From Camelus dromedarius (lineage: Eukaryota): a stretch of DNA of 64,000 nt. Made by a program: the position numbers and the translations under genes. Location of the stretch: NCBI RefSeq assembly GCF_036321535.1, contig NC_087437.1, forward strand, positions 60,390,001-60,454,000. Direction: 5' to 3'. The notes under the pieces were generated by a model. That model was not told the origin of the DNA. It was given only the letters and a program-made list of their open reading frames with translations, and did not search any database. Positions 53,922 to 64,000 of this stretch are shown one piece after another (the stretch's first letter is position 1; every line of letters begins with the position of its first letter).

Positions 53922-54531
53922 TGTAAACTTAAGGAACAGTCCACAAGACCATGCTTACTTTTGACATGAGTTGCAGGTTTAAGGTTCCCAAGACCACTCT
54001 TATGTTCAGTAATTCAATAGAAGACTCAAAGAACTAATTGAAAGCAGTTATACTTGTGATTGTGATTTATTATAATGAAGGATATAGATTAAAATCAGCA
54101 AGGGGAGAGATACATGGGGTAGAGTCAGAGAGAGTTATAAATGAGTTTCCAGTTGTTCTCTCTGCGTGGAGTAATGGACAATTTAAACTCTTCTGGCAAC
54201 AATGTGTGGTAACACACACTGAATATTTCTAACCAGAGAAACTCACCAAAGCCTTGGTGTCTCGAGTTTTTATTGGAGCCAGATCACATCTATGTAGGTG
54301 TCTGCTCATGATGTTTACTTGTCTCCAGCCCCTCCTAAAGTTGTTAAACTGATAATGTGTGATCCAAACCCTCCACCATAAATTACATTGTTGTACTATC
54401 TGACATGTCACAGAGCCCCCAGATTGACAAAGATGTTCGTATCAGGCAGGACATTCCAAGGGTTTACAGATTCCAGGAGCTGAGGACAGAGGCCAAACCT
54501 CTTCGGGCAAAGTTAAATTCTTTACTACACA
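53922..54531 (-). mobile_element. ERVL solo LTR (MER21/MER77-like)
   Basis: TG...CA termini, 5-bp TSD gtact/gcact, motif gatttattataatgaaggatatagattaaaatcagc. Confidence 0.7.
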
Positions 54532-55329
54532 GCACTGCTTTAGTGTCATTCTACAAGTTTTAATCTGTTTTATTTTCATTATCATTCAGTTCCAAAATGT
54601 TTCAAATGTCCTTATTGAGTTCTTTTTTGACACATGGAAGTTTTAACTAAGTATCTTATAATTTGTTCCCAGGTTAGTTCTGTTGTAATCAAAGAAAAAA
54701 TTCTTTATGATTAAAATCCTTTTAAATTTGTGACTTGTTACATGAGTTAGCATATGGTCTGTCTTGGCAAACGTATCATGTACAACAAAAAGAATGTGTT
54801 TTCTTTAGTTGTTGAGTATAGTGTGCTATAAATATCAATTAGATCAAGATGGTTGATAGTTTGTTCAGGTTATCTGTGTTTACTGATATTTATATAGTTC
54901 TGTCAACTGCTGATCAAGGATCTCTTCCTAAGATTATGGAATTGTCTGTTTCTCCCTTTAATTATTTTTGTTTTTGCTTGTGTTTTTTAAGGCCCTGTGA
55001 TTAGGTGCACACATTTATGGTGGTTTTATCTTCCTGGTGAATTAAATTCTATCATTTTGATATATCACTGTCTCTTTAGGTAGTACTCTTTGTCTTGAAC
55101 TGTCTTATCAGATATTAGTGTAGCCACTCCAGTTTTCTTATGCTTACAATTTATAGGATATCTTTTTTTAATTCATGTATTTTCACCTTGTCTGTCTTTA
55201 TAAAGTACATCTCTTGCTTTCTTCTTCATTCTGATAAACTCTACTTTTTAATTATAGTGTTTTAAATCTACTTACATTTACTGTAGTTATCAATAAGATT
55301 AGATTAAGATCTGCCTTATTTATTTATTT

Positions 55330-55447
55330 AAATTGGGGGAGGGTGATTGGATTTATTTGTTTATTTAATGGAGGTACTGGGGACTGAATCCAGGACCTCA
55401 TGCGTGCTAGGCACGTACTCTACCACTGAGCTATATACCCTTCCCCC
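55330..55447 (-). mobile_element. Vic-1-like SINE
   Basis: ggaggtactggggactgaatccaggacctcatgcgtgctaggcacgtactctaccactgagctatacccttcccc. Confidence 0.88.
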
Positions 55448-55744
55448 TGCTCTTTTTATTTATTATTTTGAAAAATTATTTGTTTTCTCTTTGTACTTTC
55501 TCTTTGGCTGCTTTGTTCTCTTTTTCTTGCCTCTTTTTGGAGTTTGAATTTTTAAAAATACTCTCTTTTAAGTTAATTATTTACTTCTTAGCTTTCTTTG
55601 CCAAGAACATGGTATATCTTTGTGTTTGGTTAAGTTGGATATTTGTATATTTTAGGTTTATTAATTCCTGAGCATATCTTTTTTGCTTCTATTGCAAATA
55701 TAGTCTTTTATTTCATTATATCATCTGATTGATTGCTTTAAAAA

Positions 55745-57122
55745 ACTGCCTGTTCTGAACATATATTCATATAAATGGAATTATACAGTATGTGACCTTT
55801 TGCATCTGGCTTCTTTCACTTAGCATAATGTTATCAAAGTTCCATGTTGTAGGATGTATAAATACTTAATTCCTTTTCATATCTGAATAATATTCCATTA
55901 TATAGGTATACCATATTTTGTGTATTCATTCACAAATTGATACACATTTGGATTGTTTCTACCTTGGGGCTATTATAAATAGTGATACCATGAACATTTG
56001 TGTACAAGTTTTTGCGTGGATGCACGTTTTCAAGTCTCTTGAGTATATACCTAGGAATAGAATTGCTCAGTCATACAGTAACTCTTTTTACCCTTTGAGG
56101 AACTGCCAAACTGCTTTCTAGGGTACTTGCACTGTTTTATATTCCTCCCAGCACTGTCTGAGGGTTCCCATTTCTTTAAATACTTACCAACATGTATTAT
56201 TGTCAGTCTTTTTGATTATAGCCATCCTGGCGGCTGTGAAGTAATATCTCATTGTGGTTTTGATTTGCATTTCTGCAGTGACTAATGATGTTGAACATCG
56301 CTTCATGTACCTATTGGCCATTTGTATGCCATCTTTGGAGAAATGTCTGTTTAAATCCTTTGCCCATTTTATAATTGGATTGTCTTTTTATTGTTGAGTT
56401 GAAAGAGTTCCTTCTGTATTCTGTATATTTATCAGATACTTAACCTTATATACTGTATTGTGGATATCCTTATCAAAAATACGATTTGCAAATATTTTCT
56501 CCTAATCTGTGGGTTATCTTGTCACTTTTTTGGTAGTGTCCTTTGATGAACAAATTTTTTTTATTTGTATGAAGTCAAACTTACCTGTTTTTTTTTTTAA
56601 TCCCCCTTTGGTTGTTTCTGTTTTATATGTTATACCTAAGAAACCTTTGGCTTAATCTAGGGTCACAAAGATTTACACTTAAGTCTTCTTCTAAGAGTTT
56701 TATAGCTTTAGTTCTTGTATTTAGGTCCATTTTGAATTAAATTTTATATATGGTATGAGAAAGAGGTCTCATTTAACTCTTGCATCCAGGTGTCTCCATA
56801 TCATTTTATTGAAAAGTTGTTGTTTCCCCCTTAAATTGTCTTGGTACTCATGTTAAAAACCAATTGACCATAAATCTAAGGATATATTTCTAGACTCTTA
56901 ATTCTATTGCACTGCCTATGTCTATTCTTACGCCAGTATCACAGTCTTGATTCATAGAGCTTTGAAGGAAGTTTTGCAGTTGGAAAGTGTGGTTCCTCCA
57001 CGTTACTCTGTTTCAAGACTGTTTTGACTATTCTGAGTCTTTTGCAACTCTTTATGGATATTAGGGTCAGCCTGTCGATTTCTGGAAAAAGCCAGATGGG
57101 ATTTTGATTGCGATTGCATTGA
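55745..57122 (-). mobile_element. L1MB-like ORF2 end/3'UTR fragment
   Basis: ttgaggaactgccaaactgc; ctcattgtggttttgatttgcatttc; gatgggattttgattgcgattgcattga. Confidence 0.82.
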
Positions 57123-59391
57123 GTGATAAATAAAAAAATCTCCTAATTCCTTCAGGAGGATGATATGGAAGCAGTTTTTCATCTATCCTGAAAACTGGCA
57201 GATAAAAGAAGAAAGTCAAGTATTTTTTCCAAGTGTGTGTGTGTGTGGGCGTGTATACCATTTAATGCCATTTAATAAATGAAAAAGAAATAATAAAATT
57301 ACACTGTTACCATTTTGCAACCCTCAGTGAATGAATTGATTTAGGCATTGAGTATCAAGAGCTGCTAATAGCACAAAAGAATATAACCAGACATTATGTA
57401 CTTCTTGATAGAAGAACACAGTACTATCAAAAGTCTTGCTAAAAGGACTGATCATGAGAATGATCAAGCCTTTGCATTCAGCTGCCAATTTGCAGGAAGT
57501 ACAGAGCCAAAGGACCACATAATGGCCCCATGAATATGGACTGATTTTACTGGGAAACCTACAGGTTAAATGCCTTGAGTTTCTCAGTAATTATAAGGAA
57601 TAAAAAAGGATTAAGGGGCAACTTAAACACTTTAAAAGATATTTAAAAGACATAAAATTTTTAGTAATTCATTTCTTTCCTTTTCAGAATGAACCATTTC
57701 TCGTTTGAAATTTTTTCAACCATCCCAAATTACATATGTACATTCATGGATATGCCTCACACACGCATAATGCATATGCATATAATGCTTATACATACAG
57801 ACACATATAAAAATACACTATTGCTTTGTTTTAAAATGTTCAAACTCTGCATGTGTTAGCTTTGAAACGTGCTTTCCTCATTCAGTAATTGTGTCTTCAT
57901 CTTTTCCTGTTAGAAGTAGTAGTTCTTTACCTAATTTAACTTCTACATAATATTTCCTAGGATGACTGTACCATAATTTATTTAGCCTTTTAAAAAATCT
58001 ATTTATAGGCAGCTTGTTTCCAATTTTTCTTTATTCCAGACCATAGTATAGTGAATATCCTTCTGCATGTTTCTCTTCTTGAAGTTGTGGAGTATCCTTA
58101 AAGTTTGAAAAGATGGTTATCGTGTTTCCTTCTTTATATTGTATCTAATACTAAAGTATAATAAGAATAGTTAAATTGTGCTTCCACTCAATTGAGTATA
58201 TAAACTGTGTTAAGTTTTATAAGTATTTATATTAACTTCAGCCTTACTCAGGAGAAAGTTAGTGAATTCTTTTCATTTGTTTTGAAAAATAATTGAAGTC
58301 TTACATGTAAAAACAGATTTCTCATATCATGTTAAATAAACTGGCTGATGTTGATGTGGGCTTGATTGTTGTTTTCCATGTAATTGTACAATTTCACAGA
58401 AGGATGTTGTTTAAAAAGTGATGCTAGAAGTTGTGTAGTAACTTTCATGAGTCAAATTCATAGTTAAATTTTTTAAAATATATTTTACAATCTTCATGTT
58501 TGTATACAACAACTATTTATACTCCTCAGTAATGCTGTATCTTCTAAGGTTATTTCCTAGATGTGGAATTACTAGAAGGAGCAGAAACATTTTCAGGGCT
58601 TTTGAAACATGTTGCCAGACTGCCCACTAGAAAAAGACCTCTACCAGAAATGTGATGATTTATGCCTGTTTCTCTGAATGTTCGCTCTGTAATTTTTACT
58701 TATTAAAGAAGTTGAACATGTTTTTCTTTAAGTTTGCTGATCCATTTATATGCCTTTTGTGAGTATCCCTTTATTATGTTTGCTGATTCTTTCTTTTTAA
58801 TGATTTATAAAAGCCAGCTTATAGTGGCTAATAATCCTATTTGTAGTTATAAACATTTTTTTTCTGTTGCGTCGTTTGTGTCTTTTCTTTATAAGTGTGT
58901 TTAATTTGGGGCAAGGGTGGTATCTGTTTGTTTTGGTTTTGTTTATGTGCATACACGTTCCCAGCCTGGATTGAGAAACATGAAGTTTTATTTTCTCCCA
59001 GTTCCTATAATTATGATTTCCTTTACTTTTGTGTATGGTGTGAGGTAGATTTGGTTTTCTTAAAATTATGTTAATCTTTTAAAAATAGAATACTTGGGTA
59101 TGTGCACAACAGAGAGAAAGAGACAAGGGTTCTTTTATAGGTAAAAGAAAAAATATTGTTATCTAATGGACTAATTTCAAGTTAAAATTTAAAAAGGATG
59201 ATTTTTTTTTCCAATTTTTGAACAAGTTAATTGAATAAGACCAGACTAATTTAGCTGAGCAACTTTGGCTTTTCATGTTGACTTCACTTAAACAACTATA
59301 TCTTTAGAGATACAGTGTTCAGCTAACATTAGGTTAAAAATGGACAAATCAGTATTCAGATTTTTTTTTCACCTAGTTTTGATTTCTTATT

Positions 59392-61975
59392 TGTATTTTT
59401 TTTATTGTGGCATAAAATACAAATAACATAATTACCTTAACCATTTTTGAGTTTCTGATTCAGTGGTATTAAATACATCCACATTGTTGTGCAACCATCA
59501 ACAGCATCCATCCCTATAACTTTTAATCTAGTAAAACTGAAATTCTAGACCTATTAAACAGTAACTCACAATTTTCCTCTCCTCCCAGCCCATGGCAACC
59601 ACCATTCTACTTTCTGTATTTAAGATTTTGACCACTGTAAGTACCTCATGAAAGTGGAATTATACAGTATTTGTCTTTTTGTGATTGGTTTATTTCACTT
59701 AACATAATGTCTGCAAGGCTCATCCACATAACATATTGCAAAATTTCCTTCCTTAAGGCTGAATAATATTCCATTGTATGTATATACCTCATTTTGCTTA
59801 TCCATTCATCCATTGACATACTTGGGCTTCTTCCATGTTTTATCTACTGTGAATAATGCTCCTGTGAACCCTGGTGTACAAATATCTCTTCAAGACTCTG
59901 CTTCCAATTGTTTTGGGTATATACCCAGAAGTGGAATTGCTGGGTCTATGGTAATTGTATTTTCAGTTTTTTGAGGAAACACCATACTGTTTTCCACAGT
60001 AGCTGTACCATTTTATATTCCCATCAATGGTGTACAATTTCCTCTATATCCTTACCAACACTTACTTTGTTTTTTTCTTTTCCCCCAGATACTAACTAAT
60101 ATATATAAAATAGATAAACAACAAGTTTGTTCTGTATGGCACAGGGACTATATTCAGTATCTTGTAGTAACCTATGTGACCTTGGATGAGTCATTTCCTC
60201 GCCTCTCTGAGCCTCAGTTTCCTTATCATGAGAAGCAATGGTGTTGGCATCAGTTACACTCGGGTTCTAAGCCTGGCGCTGCCACTTCCTAGCTGGGTCC
60301 TTTGGCTTGTCTTGTAACCTCTGAACTTCAGTCTCCTCATCTATAGAATTAGGTTTGCAATAGCGCCTACGCCTCAGAGGGTTGTGTGGATCTTGTCTCT
60401 GGGCAGCTAGGTTCCAAGGTGTGCCTGGGAGGAGTGGCAACTCAGGGTTGAAACCCTGGAAGCACCCTTATTGATAGTAGCCATTCCAGTGGTTGTGAGG
60501 TGGTATCTCATAATTTTGATTTGCATTTCCCTAATGGTTAATGGTGTTGAGTATCTTCTCATGTGCTTGTTGGCCATTTGTATATCATCTTTGGAGGAAT
60601 ATCTATTTAAGTTCTTTGCCTATTTTTGAATTGAGTTGTTTGGGATTTTTTGTTGAATTTTAGGAGTTTTCTATATATTCTGGATATTAATACCTTATCA
60701 GGCATATGATTTGTAAACATTGTTCCCATTCTATGGGTTGCCTTTTTATTCTGTGAATAGTGTCATTTGATGCGCAGATTTTTTTTCAGTTTTTATGAGG
60801 CCAGATTTGTCTATTTTTTTCTGTTGTTACTTCTTGCCTTTGGTGTCATATCCAAGAAATCATGGCCAAATAGAATGTCATGAAGCTTTTTGTGCTATAT
60901 TTTCTTCTAGAAGTTTTATTGTTTTAGGTCTTACATTTAGGTCCTTGATCCACCTTGAGTTAATTTTTGTATATAGTATTAGATAAGGGTCCAACTTCAT
61001 TCTTTTATATGTGGATATCCAGTTTTCCCAGCACCATTTACTGAAGAGACTGTCTTTCTCTGTTAAATGGTCTTGGCACCCTTATGAAAAATAACTTGAC
61101 TTTGTATGTGAGGGTTTATTTCTGGACTCTCTATTTCATTCCATTGGTTTATATGTCTGTCTTTATGCCAGTACCAAACTTTTGATTATTGTGGCTTTGT
61201 TGTAAGCTTTGAAATAAGATAGAGTGAGTCCTCCATCTTTTTTTTTTCTTTCTTTCATGGTTATTTTGGCTATTTGAATCCCTTGAGATCCACATGAATT
61301 TTAGGATGGGTTTTTCTGTTTCTGCAATAAATATCATTGGGGTTTTGATAGGAATTGGATTACATCTGTAAATTGCTTTAAGTAGTATTGACATCTTCAC
61401 ATAGTAATAAATCTTCCAGTCCATGAACATGGGATGTGTTTCCATTTATTTCTGTTGTCTTTAATTTTTTTCAGCAGTGTTTTGGAGTTTTCATTACACA
61501 AGTCTTTCATCTTGTTGGCTAAGTTCATTCCTAATCATTTTATTCTTTTTGATGCTATTGTAAATGGAATTGTTTTTATAATTTTCAGATTGTTTCTGTT
61601 TAGAAATGCAACTGACATCAGTGTGTTGACTTTGTATCCCACTGCTTTGCTAAGTTCAGTAGTTCTGACTGCTTTTATGCTGAATCTTTACAGTATAAGA
61701 CAGAGGTAATACTACTACTTCCTTTCTAATTGGATGCCTTTTATTTCTTCTTGTCTAATTGTTCTGGCTATGACTGCCAATACCATGTTGAATACAAGTG
61801 GTAAAACTGATCCAAATTAGACACAGTATATGTCCAAGTTTTCCCCTTAAGTTGCAAGCCTTCAACAGACTCCAGAATTCCAAAATCACATCAGACAGAT
61901 TATGCCTATGCAATTATTGTTTAGGTAGGGAGACAGATTCCTTGTGTTTCCTACTTCACCATCTTCCCAGAATCT
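59392..61975 (-). mobile_element. L1MA/MB element, internally deleted, with a foreign block at about 60085-60470
   Basis: Antisense 3'UTR from 59392; ORF2 remnants ([18 protein letters not shown]) to about 61805; then an L1-5'-end-like segment ending ccatcttcccagaatc. Confidence 0.8.
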
Positions 61976-62192
61976 GAATTATTTTTAGTAATTAGATAAA
62001 TTTTTAAAAATATTGACATGACTTTAAAATGGAGAACCATTTCTCTCAGACTTTATGTATTAAACCATAAAATACACTTGGCATACAGTTAAATAGTATT
62101 GAGTATTAGGGTAGTTATGAAAATCATGATTTGAATTGAACTCATACTGCTTTTCAAAGCTTCATCATTTAATAATTTCCTATACTTTACAG

Positions 62193-62357
62193 AAATACCG
62201 GTATCAGGATGAAGATACACCTCCTCAAGAGCACATTTCTCCACAAATCACTAATGAGGTGATAGGTCCAGAATTGGTTCATGTCTCAGAGAAGAACCTG
62301 TCAGAAATTGAGAATGTCCATGGATTTGTTTCTCACTCTCATATTTCACCAATAAAG
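62193..62357 (+). CDS. DLG1: DLG1/SAP97 internal coding exon (55 codons, phase 0-0), N-terminal region between L27 domain and PDZ1
   Basis: Translates [55 protein letters not shown], matching mammalian DLG1 as I recall it. Acceptor tttcctatactttacag ends at 62192; donor AAG|gtaaga starts at 62358; length 165 nt. Confidence 0.98.
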
Positions 62358-62624
62358 GTAAGATAATAACTTTATTTGGTTGCTATGAATTATATATTAC
62401 TTTTGTTACTAATATAGCTCATGCTCAGAGAGAATGATTCTTTCATGTAGGATTTTCCCCCCTTGATTGTTTCTGGTTTTGTAGTTAAAAGAAATTTCAT
62501 AATTATTAGCATTTGAAAACATTTTAAAAATATATATTTTATAAGTGAATTTTATTCAGTGACATTGTCTTGAACTCTAAAATTTTTCATGAAGGAAATA
62601 ACTTTTGTATTTCAAATACCCACA

Positions 62625-63620
62625 TTAAAATATTTTTAAACTTCAAAAAAAATTAGTAGGTACAGTACAGAAAAAGAGCATTAACAGTATCTTTGGAGTC
62701 CAGTATGTGGCCTTACCTGATCCCATCACCTTGTCTCTCCCCTCAGAAATAACCACAATCCTGGTTTCATGTATTTAGATTTCTAATTAATATATTTCTT
62801 TTGCCTGTTTTGAATTTTATATAATTGGAATTATACTGTATATAATCTCTAATTGCATTTTTTACTCAACATTATATTCCCAAGGTTCATTATTTTCATT
62901 GCTCTAGAGTTTTCTATTTATCTTATTTTTATAAGATAAATAAAGATATAATTTATCTTATTTTTGATGGATATTGAGTTATTTTCAGATTAGTACTAGT
63001 ATGAAAAGTGCTATTCAAAACTTTGGTTATGTATACACATTTTGTGGATAACACCAGATTATTTTCCAAATGGTTGTTTAACTTACATTTTCAACAGCAA
63101 CGTGTAACAGCTTTAATTGACCTATATTTTCAGCAATACTTGGTATTGTTTTGCCATTGAAGTAGTATCTCATTGTGATTTTAGTGTCCATTTCATTGAT
63201 AAAATTGGTCATTCAGGCTTCCTGTTCTATGACATACCCTCTCAAGACTTTTTTTCTCATTTTTGTATTGGATTGTCTTTTTTACTGATTTGTACAAGTT
63301 CTCTATATATTCTGGATACTAATCCTTTGTTAGTTGTATGTATTGTGTATAAGGATCATTTCTTACTAGTAAACCTTAAAATGGATTTTGTAATTCTCTT
63401 TGAAGGGTGATATCATATTACTGGTTAAAAATTTTAATGGTTATTTAGTACCATTCAGATTTTCTATTGATAGTTTTTCTAGGAATTTGTCCATTTCATA
63501 CTTAACTTCAAAGTAGCCTCAACATCCTATTATTTTTTTATGTCTGTCGCATATTTAGGTGTAACCCCCTTTTCATGCCTAATATTGTTTATTTATGACT
63601 CCCCCTCCTTGATCGTTCTT
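62625..63620 (-). mobile_element. Ancient L1ME-type fragments in the next DLG1 intron
   Basis: gtagtatctcattgtgatttt; ctctatatattctggatactaatcctttgt. Confidence 0.65.
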
Positions 63621-64000
63621 GCCAAAGGATGGTCAATTTCGAAGAACCCACGTCTTTTTAAAAGATCTCCTGTGTCCCTCCCCCATGTGCTGTCACCTCC
63701 ATCCCCCTTCATACACACATGTTCATATAAGTGTGTGGATAGCCTACATATCAATTAAAGATTGTGTTTGGCAGAAGCAGTCCAATCTTCCCTTGGGAGG
63801 CTAAATGATACATACACAGGGGAAAAACATCGGTTGGCTGTTACTGACAGAGACAGTTTTCCTTTTTACCTTTTCCCCTTTCTCTTATCATTATTATTTT
63901 ACTTTATTTTGCCTTCTTTGAGTTTATTCTGTGCAGATTTTTTTCCCCTGGTTTCTCAAGTTGGTTGCCTATTGCGTTATCAGCCTTTTCTAGTGGTATT

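Larger units (their letters stand above)
50492..55310 (-). mobile_element. Old L1M (3'UTR to ORF2 endonuclease), interrupted by two LTRs
   Basis: ORF remnants MWYWLKGGQIYQWNRI..., EEIKLSLFTNDMIVY; continuous antisense ORF2-like sequence. Confidence 0.82.
13763..62192 (+). other. DLG1: First intron of the alpha-SAP97 transcript (48,430 nt; part of a longer intron for L27/beta isoforms)
   Basis: GT at 13763, AG at 62191-62192, matching phase 0. No L27-encoding exon seen in the window, so those presumably lie upstream. Confidence 0.85.

Noticed and set aside
62136..62366. 76-aa ORF as a standalone gene
   Set aside because: Only 62193-62357 is exonic; the flanks are intron read-through.
1..64000. 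CRISPR arrays, operons or prokaryotic systems
   Set aside because: The sequence is mammalian intron; no repeat-spacer periodicity or gene-dense region is seen.

Overview
AT-rich mammalian genomic DNA, most likely camelid: it carries five copies of a short tRNA-derived SINE resembling the camelid Vic-1 family. The window lies inside DLG1 (SAP97, MAGUK scaffold) on the + strand and is mostly one large intron full of old, largely antisense LINE-1 plus L2/MIR, LTRs and DNA transposons. Two DLG1 coding segments are recognisable: the shared exon [11 protein letters not shown]...SPIK (62193-62357) and the 10-codon alternative first exon of palmitoylated alpha-SAP97 (MDCLCIVTTK, 13733-13762), which the ORF track misses. 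The most striking observation is at 38189-38290: a 34-codon frame that aligns without gaps to an alternative palmitoylated N-terminus I recall from the paralog DLG2/PSD-93. Here it has lost its Cys pair and has A instead of G at donor +1, so it looks like a fossil or repurposed first exon. Protein and repeat identities are from memory, not database searches; repeat boundaries are approximate.
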